Made by a program: the position numbers and the translations under genes
Assembly (NCBI GenBank): GCA_913053665.1
Contig: CAJXGR010000001.1
Coordinates: 1-35,385 of the forward strand
From: an uncultured Spirochaetia bacterium
GTDB taxonomy: Bacteria > Spirochaetota > UBA6919
DNA length: 35,385 bases
Direction: 5' to 3'
In this document: positions 25,827-34,838 of the stretch, piece by piece
Numbering within the stretch: position 1 is the stretch's first letter
Layout of the letters: each line of letters opens with the position of its first letter
Notes under the pieces: generated by a model
What the model was told of the DNA's origin: nothing
The model's database searches: none
What the model saw: the letters and a program-made list of their open reading frames with translations, nothing else

Positions 25827-27065
25827 CTAAGCGAAAAACTCTTTGGCAAACTCACTTAGAGAGCTTTTCATTCGCCTGAAAATGCCCCTCTTATTCTGCT
25901 GACTTTCAAAGACTCCCGTACTATCCTCTCTGAGACCATAAATAGAAAGGCCTAAAGCTGTCGAGTATATTGGAGAGGCAATCTTGTCTCTCAAGCCAAT
26001 AACATTATCAGGCAATGCCATACGGACAGGCAGATTAAAAATACGCTCCGCTATTTCCTCAATTCCCAACAGAGAAGCCGTTCCTCCAGTGAGTACAATT
26101 CCACCAGATGCCAGTTCTAAAGCGTTTTTCCTGACCAGATCCCGATAAACTAAATCAAGAATCTCTTCTACTCTTGGTTCTATAATATTACATAGGGTCA
26201 TTTGCGGTACAACCTTGGACCCACGACCTCCAACACCAGGGATTTCAATGTCATCCTCAGATTTCATATATTCCTTAGAGCAAAACCCATGCTCCAGCTT
26301 AACTTTCTCAGCAATATTATCGGGTATTTTGAGTCCCACGGATATGTCTTTAGTCACATACTTGCCCCCAACAGGGAAAACAGAACTGTACTGGATACTT
26401 CCATTCACGAAGAGTATGGTATCCGTTGTCCCACCACCAATATCGATGAGTATCACACCCACTTCTTTCTCATCCTCTGATAGAACAGCTTCGGCCGAGG
26501 CTAATGAACTTAAGACGAAGTCCTCAACATTAAATCCTGCACGATTCACACTCTTGGTTATGTTCTGGAGGGCTGTTGCTCCCCCCGTCACGATATGGGC
26601 ATCCACTTCAAGACGTACCCCAGACATTCCAACAGGGTCCTTAACCCCGTCTTGCTCATCCACAATGAATTCCCAGGGTATCACATGAATGATTTCCTTA
26701 TCTGTAGGATAATTAATGGCCTGAGCCGCTTCAATCACCCTGTCCACCTCACGATAGGTTACTTCACGATTCCTACTGGACACTGCAATCACACCACGAC
26801 TGTTCTGTCCCTTGATATGCCCGCCCGTGATCCCTGTGTATAACTCGTCTACGTCCACTCCGGCCATAATTTCCGCCGCCTCAACCGCCTTTGCGATAGA
26901 CTCTGTTGTGCTGTCAATATTAACAATCACACCTTTTCTTAATCCGTAGGACGGTGCCACGCCGACTCCAAGAACTAAAATGTCTCCATAGACATCCTTT
27001 TGGGAGATCACAACGCATACTTTTGTTGTTCCTATATCTAAGCCCGCTGTCACACCGTATTCCAT
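25827..27065 (-). CDS. ftsA: cell division protein FtsA
   Basis: Actin-fold motifs GLDIGTTKVCVV, IDIGGGTTD and VLTGGTASL; located immediately upstream of ftsZ. Confidence 0.95.
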   Translation of the reverse strand: MEYGVTAGLDIGTTKVCVVISQKDVYGDILVLGVGVAPSYGLRKGVIVNIDSTTESIAKAVEAAEIMAGVDVDELYTGITGGHIKGQNSRGVIAVSSRNREVTYREVDRVIEAAQAINYPTDKEIIHVIPWEFIVDEQDGVKDPVGMSGVRLEVDAHIVTGGATALQNITKSVNRAGFNVEDFVLSSLASAEAVLSEDEKEVGVILIDIGGGTTDTILFVNGSIQYSSVFPVGGKYVTKDISVGLKIPDNIAEKVKLEHGFCSKEYMKSEDDIEIPGVGGRGSKVVPQMTLCNIIEPRVEEILDLVYRDLVRKNALELASGGIVLTGGTASLLGIEEIAERIFNLPVRMALPDNVIGLRDKIASPIYSTALGLSIYGLREDSTGVFESQQNKRGIFRRMKSSLSEFAKEFFA

Positions 27066-27097
27066 CGGTTCTCCAATAGGTTTATTCCATCTTTTGA

Positions 27098-27823
27098 TTA
27101 ATTTCTGCCGATAATATCATAAAATCGTAAATCTATCTTTTTAAAGGTCATCCGGGTGGATAGGTCTTTTTTTAAGGTTAAAATCTTGATCAACTGGGTT
27201 ATGAATAGACGTTTGCCAAAATAAAATCTCGTTTTCAAGCCCTTCAGTTTAAGATAATTCTTTTCATATCTTTTATATAATCGGATCCTGCTAATGTCTT
27301 TGAAAAAAACGGGATCAATGGATTTGACTTGTGAAAGAGCTTTCATAACTGATTTGAGGGTAAGATTCTCGATCTGAACACCTGTATCTATGGGACCGGA
27401 GAGATCAAGTTGCGATATTTCAGGCAGATAACTCTTGATAACTGGATAGGCATCCTGATTTCCAGGGTCTGCCGATGAAAAACGATAGCTCACGCGACCC
27501 TCCGAATCCAGGCCGTATCGATCTGTATCATGATTTCCTGATACTTCCAAGTAACCAAGAAGGTTAAAATGATGGATATGGATATTGATCGTGTCAGGAT
27601 ATTTTTTTATGATCTTGAGATTATGGACTGTATAGATGGATTGAACACGCTCTTTGATACGGTCAAGATCAATAAAGTAAAGATCTCGATTCATATTCTC
27701 TGCAAGTATCGCTATACGTTGACGTTCCGTTACAAGGTTATTGTTTACAAACACGTGTTTCACTTTGAAATAGTTTATTTTTTTTATATAAATCCCTGTT
27801 CCAACAAGAATCACTCCACTCAA
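27098..27823 (-). CDS. ftsQ: cell division protein FtsQ/DivIB-like (5' end unresolved)
   Basis: POTRA-like segment (KVKHVFVNNNLVTERQRI...YFIDLDRIKERVQSIYTVHNLKIIKKYPDTINIHIHHFN). Position between ftsW and ftsA. The tracked TTG start lies inside the predicted TM helix (see findings). Confidence 0.6.
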   Translation of the reverse strand: MSGVILVGTGIYIKKINYFKVKHVFVNNNLVTERQRIAILAENMNRDLYFIDLDRIKERVQSIYTVHNLKIIKKYPDTINIHIHHFNLLGYLEVSGNHDTDRYGLDSEGRVSYRFSSADPGNQDAYPVIKSYLPEISQLDLSGPIDTGVQIENLTLKSVMKALSQVKSIDPVFFKDISRIRLYKRYEKNYLKLKGLKTRFYFGKRLFITQLIKILTLKKDLSTRMTFKKIDLRFYDIIGRN

Positions 27824-27960
27824 AAGAAGGGTTAACAGTACTTTCCCAAGTTTTTTTTTAGCATAACTGGATCGCTACCTTCTATTCCTTTTGGAAACAG
27901 AAATCAAAGTATTATTCACTGAGAAATCAATTCATGAAATTTACCTTTCGTATCGTCACA

Positions 27961-29085
27961 TTAAAAAGATACATTATCATTTTTTTCCCTTTTCGGATGG
28001 AATCTTGATATAGCAAGAATGATACCTATACCGAAAGAAGTGCTAATTAATGAGTTACCACCAAAACTCAGAAGGGCGAGAGGCAATCCAGCGATTGGAA
28101 GCAGTCCAAGGACCCCTCCAATGTTTAAGATCGTCTGCCAGACAATGAAAATGGTGATGGAATAAACCAAATAACTGTAGCCTTTATCCTGAAGTTCGTA
28201 AGCCAATTTAAAAGCTCTCCAGAAGAGATAGAAAAATAAGAAAAGGGTAAAAAGGCCTCCTATTAAGCCAATATCAGCCACTATATTCATAAAGTAAAAG
28301 TCCGTATGGGATTCGGGGATACGGGCGTTGTTACTTCCGATCCCAAGGCCATTCCCAAAGAATCCAGCGTTCTCGATTGCCTTGATAGCCTGCTTTTCTT
28401 GATAACTTACATAGCCCCCCCAGAATATCTTGTTCAGATAACTGCTTAAACGTATCTTCATATGCCCAAAGGAGGTAATTAAAAAGAATACAATGGGGAT
28501 CCCTGTTGCCGCCAGGTAGACAAAGTATTGAAACGGGACTCCGGCAACAAAAAGGAGGCTGAGAGCTGATAGGAGTATCACCACCGATGTGGAAAAGTCC
28601 TCTTCCACAAAGACAAGTGTAAAAATAAGGCCTATCATCAAAAGATTGGGTAAAATGCTTTTAGTAAACATGTCACGTACATTTTCCCTTTCCACTAAAC
28701 GTTTACTCAAGAAAATAAGTAAGGTGACTTTAGCAATCTCAGAGGGTTGAAAGTTAAAAAGTCCCAGAGGAATCCATCTTCTAGCCCCATTTTTCTCGAT
28801 ACCAATTCCGGGGATGAGGACTAAAACAAGGGAAACGATGGTAAGCACGAGTAGAAGGTTGGATAGACGAAAGAAAACTCGAGGGTTCATTCTTGAAACA
28901 AAGAGGATGAGTAGGAAGGAACAAACAGCATATATGACCTGTCTATTGAAAAAATAACTTCTGTCCACAAACAAACGCTCTGCAAAGCGAGCGCTGGCTC
29001 CATACATGAACGCAATTCCTATACCGATGAGAATCAGTACTACAGTGAATATTTTAATGTCAAAGGGTTGTCGAGTCTCTGTCAT
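27961..29085 (-). CDS. ftsW: SEDS-family peptidoglycan polymerase FtsW
   Basis: About 10 TM helices; conserved FQPSE.AK and PESHTDF segments; position after murD. Confidence 0.85.
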   Translation of the reverse strand: MTETRQPFDIKIFTVVLILIGIGIAFMYGASARFAERLFVDRSYFFNRQVIYAVCSFLLILFVSRMNPRVFFRLSNLLLVLTIVSLVLVLIPGIGIEKNGARRWIPLGLFNFQPSEIAKVTLLIFLSKRLVERENVRDMFTKSILPNLLMIGLIFTLVFVEEDFSTSVVILLSALSLLFVAGVPFQYFVYLAATGIPIVFFLITSFGHMKIRLSSYLNKIFWGGYVSYQEKQAIKAIENAGFFGNGLGIGSNNARIPESHTDFYFMNIVADIGLIGGLFTLFLFFYLFWRAFKLAYELQDKGYSYLVYSITIFIVWQTILNIGGVLGLLPIAGLPLALLSFGGNSLISTSFGIGIILAISRFHPKREKNDNVSF

Positions 29086-30442
29086 AGGGTTCTTTTGTAT
29101 GAAGACTTTTTACTAACTCTCTAAAATGATCTCCACGCTTTTCGTAGCTAATGTATTGATCAAAGCTTGTGCAAGCCGGTGAAAGTAAAACGCTATCACC
29201 TTCTTTTGCCATCTGAACAGCTCGATGAAAGGCTTCTTCAAGATCATTTACTAAGTAAGTCGGAGGAAATTGGATTTCCCTATCGATTTTTTCTTTGGCT
29301 TCACCGAATAAAATCAGGCCTTTAACTCTTTTTTCAATGTGAGGCTTGAGTTCAACGAAGTTTAAACCCTTATCCCGGCCGCCCATCATAAGGATCACAG
29401 GTTTTTCTTGACTCAACAGAGATTTAATCACTGAATTAGTAGTTGTTCCTTTGCTATCGTTGATGTAGTCAACCCCTCCAACAGTATCAATAAGCTCGTT
29501 ACGGTGTGGAAGACCCTTAAAGTCGTTCAGGGCTTTTTGTATGACTGAGTCACTGCTACCAGCAAGTTTAGCGATTACTACAGCGGCTAATACGTTCTCC
29601 AGATTGTGTACCCCTTTAAGCTTGATGTCCACAAGGGATACAAGCTCTTTACCCTTAAAGAGTACCTTTGAGTCTTTGATATAAACATCGGCTTTTGTAT
29701 TGTCCTTTGAGAATACCAATATCTGGCTGTTGACTCCCTGAGCTGTTGCCTCATAATGGGGATCGTCCAGGTTGAGGATGGCATAATCCTTGTCCGTCTG
29801 GTTTTTAAAGATATTCCTTTTAGCCTTAAAATAGTCCTGAAAGTGATCATAGCGGTCGAGATGGTCTTCAGAGACGTTTAATATACTGGCTATATGACAG
29901 TTAAATAAGGGCATATCCTCTAGTTGGTAACTGCTCAGTTCAAGGAGAACAATGCTTCTATCATCCACATCATCTACAAAGGAAATGAAGGGTATGCCAA
30001 TGTTTCCCCCTACGAAAACCTTGAACTCTTCTTTGAGAAGGTTATGAAGAAGTGTTATAGTCGTTGTTTTACCATCTGTACCGGTTATACCGATGACCAT
30101 TCTTGGATGACAAAGGAGGAAGGCTAATTCAATCTCACTTGTGACAGGGATGCCACGCCTTAGGGCTTCCTGAATGAGGGGTATTGCTCTGGGCACTCCA
30201 GGACTCAGGATCACCCGATCAATCTCACTCAACTGACTTGAGGACTGCTTCCCATAGTAGAACTGGTGTATGGGGCCTGTTAACTGATCTTTGAGTGGCT
30301 TTAAGTCTTTTTCACTCTTTGAATCGCTTATGGAGACCTTTATTCCTTTGCTAATCAGATAATTAGCTGTGGACAGGCCTGTCCGGTACCCAAAACCTAT
30401 AATAAGTAGATGCTCTTTTTTAAGTTGTTGAAAAAAAGTCAT
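29060..30442 (-). CDS. murD: UDP-N-acetylmuramoylalanine--D-glutamate ligase
   Basis: Mur ligase P-loop GITGTDGKTTT, LELSSYQL, and the C-terminal domain LSPACTSFDQ. Overlaps ftsW by 26 nt. Confidence 0.93.
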   Translation of the reverse strand: MTFFQQLKKEHLLIIGFGYRTGLSTANYLISKGIKVSISDSKSEKDLKPLKDQLTGPIHQFYYGKQSSSQLSEIDRVILSPGVPRAIPLIQEALRRGIPVTSEIELAFLLCHPRMVIGITGTDGKTTTITLLHNLLKEEFKVFVGGNIGIPFISFVDDVDDRSIVLLELSSYQLEDMPLFNCHIASILNVSEDHLDRYDHFQDYFKAKRNIFKNQTDKDYAILNLDDPHYEATAQGVNSQILVFSKDNTKADVYIKDSKVLFKGKELVSLVDIKLKGVHNLENVLAAVVIAKLAGSSDSVIQKALNDFKGLPHRNELIDTVGGVDYINDSKGTTTNSVIKSLLSQEKPVILMMGGRDKGLNFVELKPHIEKRVKGLILFGEAKEKIDREIQFPPTYLVNDLEEAFHRAVQMAKEGDSVLLSPACTSFDQYISYEKRGDHFRELVKSLHTKEPYDRDSTTL

Positions 30443-30530
30443 TTAATTAACAAGATACCTAATTTCCCGGATCCTCACTATTCCTAGTAATATAACATTC
30501 TTTTTATTAAAGTTGTAATTTATTTCCATA

Positions 30531-31562
30531 TCAGCTAGTAAATAAGCTTTCCTCTTCATTTATTCTCTGAAGATCAGGTTCAATAACGTCTTTCAATAAT
30601 TCACCACCTTCACCCTGGAAGAGTCTTATAATAGCCATAAGCTCTTCGCTGCTATCGATTGTGAGACTTATATCAACACCTGATCGATCCACTTTCTTCT
30701 TTTTGATTAACATTTTCCCCTTGAACTCAGTGGGTTTTGCTTGAGTGAGTGCATAAATAGCATCTATCTTCTTTTGAATTACATCAGCCAGACGACTTTT
30801 CTCAGGATTAGCCTCCCGATTCAGCTGGTGGACAAAGGATTGTATGCGATTGGGCAATTCTTTATTTTGTATAGCCTGTGTCAGTCCTTTTTTCTGAAAG
30901 ACTTCCCTGAAGGAGCCCATCTCATTATCGATTTTCAGCTTTTTAGCATTCTCAATAATCTGCTGAAGATGGTTTTTGGTGATTCCTTCGTTTTCAAGGA
31001 CAAAGTGCTCCATCTCCTCGCGATCGGCTGAATCATCGATTTGAGCCACTTTAAGGGCTATATCCGCTTTTATTTGTCCTGAATTGATCTTATCCTTTAA
31101 CTTATCTTCTAATAGATTCAGCTTGAGATAATTCTCTATCTTCCTGGCACTTGACCCAATGCCGAAAACGTCACCAAATTGTTCCGCCAATTGTTTTGTA
31201 GTCAATTTAAGACTCTCTTGCAGTCTCAACAAGGCGTGAGCAATTTCAACAGGCTCCAGATCCTTTCTCTTTGTATTTTCGGCAATGGCTATCCTCAGGA
31301 AATTACCTTCAGAAAACTCATCCTGATCAAAGATATACCCATTCACCTGATTCATATTCAGCTCTTGACAGGCTAAGGCCCTCCTATAACCGGATACAAT
31401 GATATACTTATTTTCATTCACTTTCTGAAGGAGGATAGGATGGAGAAGGCCCTCATTTTCTATGCTCTTTTTAAGACCATTCTTGGTTAAGTTCCTTCTA
31501 AAGATATATTTATGATTAGTAAAATCGACTTGATCCAGTGGTATAAGTTTAAAGAAGCCCAT
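30531..31562 (-). CDS. ParB/Spo0J-family DNA-binding protein (orphan, no parA)
   Basis: GGAGG Shine-Dalgarno. ParB N-terminal box LLHPILLQKV..KYIIVSGYRRALAC (compare GLLQPI.V....Y.I..GERR.RA). HTH-like LTTKQLAEQFG...SSARKIENYLKL. Confidence 0.6.
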   Translation of the reverse strand: MGFFKLIPLDQVDFTNHKYIFRRNLTKNGLKKSIENEGLLHPILLQKVNENKYIIVSGYRRALACQELNMNQVNGYIFDQDEFSEGNFLRIAIAENTKRKDLEPVEIAHALLRLQESLKLTTKQLAEQFGDVFGIGSSARKIENYLKLNLLEDKLKDKINSGQIKADIALKVAQIDDSADREEMEHFVLENEGITKNHLQQIIENAKKLKIDNEMGSFREVFQKKGLTQAIQNKELPNRIQSFVHQLNREANPEKSRLADVIQKKIDAIYALTQAKPTEFKGKMLIKKKKVDRSGVDISLTIDSSEELMAIIRLFQGEGGELLKDVIEPDLQRINEEESLFTS

Positions 31563-31736
31563 AAGTTTCCTCCCATAAGACTAATTGGGTGTTCGACACA
31601 TTGCAGGATAATTTTAGATAAAATTAATTTTAAGTATTTTGCTAAATAAGAGGGCTAAAGAATAAAATCTACAGGGCAAAAAGCCGAACTAGTGGGCGGG
31701 TACTAAATCCATTTTACCCGGACTAAACATAAATTT

Positions 31737-34334
31737 ATGAATGACACAAACCACAAGGTTAAAGATTCCCATTTTAAAGAACCCTTTGATCATTTGGTTC
31801 AGTTGTGCGAAGAGCGGCTTGACTTTGATCGTCTTACTGTGACCCTAAAATATCAAAATCAACTTCTCATCATCGCCCTTATGACCAATGAAGAAGCCAT
31901 CCTGTTGGATTGCGGTGAAATCTATGATCTGAAAGGTTCAGCCTCTGAAAAAGTTCTGGAGAGTAAAACTCCTCTCCAGAACAACATCCTGAATGATCCC
32001 TACCCCGAAAATGTCCTCTTTAAGCGGACAGGCCTAAAAACCACTATTCTCTTCCCTATAATCATCGACGAAAGCCCTGTTGGTACACTGGACATCTTTA
32101 GCTTTAATGAAGAACACTTTAGTGAGACAGACATTCACTCCATTGAAGAAATTCTATACACTGTCACCCTACTTTTAGAGAATTACAATCTCCACACCAT
32201 GATCCGCAAGTCAGAGACCATCCTGGCTCAACAACCTAATGATATAGAATCCTCCATCAGCAGCTCCAAGGATGGTGGGAAAAACCTGGGAGAACGTCTT
32301 AAAGAACTCCTTGAAAATGTTTATGATTACATCTTTGTGGAAAACGAAGAGTCAGAGATCATTCAGGTGAGTCCCAACCTGGCCCAACTCCTTCAATTTA
32401 GTCCGGCTGAAATGATGAAAGAGTCCGTTATCCATTTCACTGCCGAAGAGGACAAGGAAAAGCTTGAAAAAGTGACTCAAGAAAAGGTTGAGGACTACAT
32501 TCGCTTTAAAAAGAAGAATGAAAGTACTGTAGGTCTATTTCTCAAGGTCTTTCAGGTCTTTGATACCATGAATACCCACAGTGTTACGATCTATCAGGCA
32601 AGTGAAGAGCCTAAAGCCCTTTCAGGAGATCTCTTGCGTCAGATGGAAGGCCAATTTGGTGTAGTAGACCTTAATTATCACCTGCAATTTGTGTCCCACG
32701 ATCTGGAGTACGACTTTGACGACCCCCTCTCAGGTAGAAAGTGTTTCATGGCCTATAACAGGTCCTCGAAGATGTGTAAAGACTGTCCCATTGAAGCTAA
32801 TAAGCTGACTGTTGACGCTCTTAAAAATCATGTGGTCTTCACTCAATTTAAAGATGGCCAAAGAAAGATGATTATTTTCTCCCTCTTGAAGCTGGAGGAT
32901 GGCTCTTTTGCACTCCTTGAGTTCTTTAAAGACACGTCTATGCAGAATTACTTTGAAGAAAATCAGCCTGTGGAAGAAGAGAAAGAACCTCCTGGACCCA
33001 TCGATGACTTTATTGATTACAGTATTGAGAAGATTAAATCCCCAGTTTCTACTCTCATTGATTATATTGGCACGTTACAGGGCGTTCATTTTAATGAGTT
33101 GAATGAAGATGTCTTTTTTGAGAAGATTGACTTTATGTATAATACAACCCGCCATTTAGATGCTGTTATCAGGTCTATGGCTTCCTCACTCCGTGAAAAA
33201 CTTGCTCTACTCAGTGAGACCGGAAATCTATCTCCATTTGGCTTGTCCGAGATCCCTGTAAAAAAAGGGAAAAGGATCCTCATTATCGACCCGGATATTT
33301 CTGTAAGACTTCGACTCAAGAACTTTTTAGGGGATCTGGGTTACAGGATGATCATCGCTAAAGACGGGCTGGAAGGGGTTCTCCTCACTAAAAAGCATTT
33401 GCCTGATATCGTCCTCCTGGAAGTCAATCCTCCCAAAGTCAATGGTTTTCTTATTTTTGAAAAGATACATCAACACATCAAAAAGAAGATTTACTTTATA
33501 ATGATTTCCCATATCAATAATCCTAAAATCATTGAAACGGCCAATCACATGGGGATCATTGATTATATTGAAAAGGATAAATTAAATCTCAAGAACCTGG
33601 CTCAACTGATCTATGACCTTCTCCATCAATCAGAAAAAGAAACAAAGGAATTGAAGACAGCTAAATCCCAGTCTAAGACGACAAAAGCGAAGGTGGATAT
33701 ATTAGAACAGCTCTCAGAACAGATAGAACAAACGAGTGAAACCTTTTATAGGGTGAGTGAGCCTCCTGAAAAAGAACAAACTTCTGAGGACTTTGATTTC
33801 CCTTCTCAGGACGATGAACTTGAATTGGACGTTGAGGAAACTCCATTGGAACCTGTTGTCTCAGAAGATGTTGAGCAGGAACCTGAAGTCATTATACCTC
33901 TTGAGGACTTGGGCTTTGAGATTGAGGAAATGGAGGATGGTACGAACTTTGACTTTGGCAGGTCTGAAGGGTTGGATTACTCGATTATTCTGGATGGCAC
34001 TGTCATTGTTATCAAACTGGGAGGCTATCTGACTGAGGATTCCCTAAAGGCTATGAATAGAGAGCTGATCCCTAAAATTGCTGAACAGTCTATTGAGACA
34101 AGAAAGATCCTCATAAATCTATTTGATGTGGTGAGTGAAAGTGTTACTGAAGACATCCTAAACCACTTATTCCTCTTCCAAACTGAGTATATCGATATAC
34201 CCTCTGGCTCAGTAAAGATCTTAAGCACGGATCCACACATTGTTAGAACGATTCAAAGCCACTATATAGGAAAAGGTTATATAATCCTGAAGGATATGGT
34301 CAAAGCTTTTAGTCTTCTCCAGATGGAGATTTAG
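31737..34334 (+). CDS. multidomain signalling protein: GAF - PAS - His-less DHp-like - pseudo-receiver - acidic linker - STAS
   Basis: GAF: ..ILFPIIIDESPVGTLDIFSFNEEHFSETDIHSIEEI. PAS-like: LENVYDYIFVENEESEIIQVSPN. DHp-like: YSIEKIKSPVSTLIDYIGTL (Ile where the phospho-His sits). REC-like: RILIIDPD..PDIVLLEVNPPKVNG (Glu at the acceptor position). STAS-like C-terminus: IVIKLGGYLTEDS...KILINLFDVVSES. Confidence 0.65.
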   Translation: MNDTNHKVKDSHFKEPFDHLVQLCEERLDFDRLTVTLKYQNQLLIIALMTNEEAILLDCGEIYDLKGSASEKVLESKTPLQNNILNDPYPENVLFKRTGLKTTILFPIIIDESPVGTLDIFSFNEEHFSETDIHSIEEILYTVTLLLENYNLHTMIRKSETILAQQPNDIESSISSSKDGGKNLGERLKELLENVYDYIFVENEESEIIQVSPNLAQLLQFSPAEMMKESVIHFTAEEDKEKLEKVTQEKVEDYIRFKKKNESTVGLFLKVFQVFDTMNTHSVTIYQASEEPKALSGDLLRQMEGQFGVVDLNYHLQFVSHDLEYDFDDPLSGRKCFMAYNRSSKMCKDCPIEANKLTVDALKNHVVFTQFKDGQRKMIIFSLLKLEDGSFALLEFFKDTSMQNYFEENQPVEEEKEPPGPIDDFIDYSIEKIKSPVSTLIDYIGTLQGVHFNELNEDVFFEKIDFMYNTTRHLDAVIRSMASSLREKLALLSETGNLSPFGLSEIPVKKGKRILIIDPDISVRLRLKNFLGDLGYRMIIAKDGLEGVLLTKKHLPDIVLLEVNPPKVNGFLIFEKIHQHIKKKIYFIMISHINNPKIIETANHMGIIDYIEKDKLNLKNLAQLIYDLLHQSEKETKELKTAKSQSKTTKAKVDILEQLSEQIEQTSETFYRVSEPPEKEQTSEDFDFPSQDDELELDVEETPLEPVVSEDVEQEPEVIIPLEDLGFEIEEMEDGTNFDFGRSEGLDYSIILDGTVIVIKLGGYLTEDSLKAMNRELIPKIAEQSIETRKILINLFDVVSESVTEDILNHLFLFQTEYIDIPSGSVKILSTDPHIVRTIQSHYIGKGYIILKDMVKAFSLLQMEI

Positions 34335-34450
34335 TAAAACCAAGTGAAACGTGACAACTCACCTGTCCATTCTTCCCATCATTTTTATTCTCCAATAGTT
34401 TCATTTTAGCTATATTTAAAGGGAAAACTTAAGGCGATGAGAGATTTACT

Positions 34451-34825
34451 ATGAAAAAACTCATACTCTTCACAATTTTAGCATTTGGGCTGATGATTTC
34501 AGCCTATTCACAGAATAACTCACTCAGTGATCAGGATTTAAAGAAAGCTAAAACCTATAACAGCTTAGAAGAAGCACTCAAAGAGCCTTTTAAGGTTTAT
34601 ACCCTTGATTTAAGGTATCAAGAACTCAAAACACTCCCCAAAGAGATTGGAAAGCTCAAGAATTTGAAGGAGCTTAACTTATGGCAAAACCAGCTTAAGG
34701 CTCTACCCAAAGAGATAGGCTATCTTAAGATGCTGAAAAGGCTTAATCTAAGGAATAATAAGCTGAGTGAAAGGGAAAAAGAGAAGATTAAAAAGCTTTT
34801 GCCAAAGTGTGTGATATACTTTTAA
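34451..34825 (+). CDS. small secreted leucine-rich-repeat protein
   Basis: Signal peptide MKKLILFTILAFGLMISAYS. LRR units of 23 residues: LKTLPKEIGKLKNLKELNLWQNQLKALPKEIGYLKMLKRLNLRNNKL. C-terminal KKLLPKCVIYF. Confidence 0.8.
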   Translation: MKKLILFTILAFGLMISAYSQNNSLSDQDLKKAKTYNSLEEALKEPFKVYTLDLRYQELKTLPKEIGKLKNLKELNLWQNQLKALPKEIGYLKMLKRLNLRNNKLSEREKEKIKKLLPKCVIYF

Positions 34826-34838
34826 GAAGGTATGAAAG

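Noticed and set aside
24776-25879. Plus-strand ORFs of 76-119 aa (24776-25135, 24895-25125, 25220-25540, 25586-25879) opposite ftsZ
   Set aside because: They are nested antisense to a gene with unmistakable FtsZ motifs. Their translations are low-complexity (Pro/Ser/Thr/Ala-rich) shadow frames with no Shine-Dalgarno or known motifs.
26202-26843. Plus-strand ORFs (92, 157 and 82 aa) opposite ftsA
   Set aside because: These are shadow frames of a strongly supported gene, with no independent signals.
27749-27760. Perfect 12-bp palindrome AAACACGTGTTT with a CACGTG core, considered as a parS-like site for the nearby ParB-like protein
   Set aside because: The half-sites are in the opposite arrangement to consensus parS (TGTTTCAC-GTGAAACA). 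It lies inside the ftsQ coding sequence. Roughly eight perfect 12-bp palindromes are expected by chance in 35 kb.
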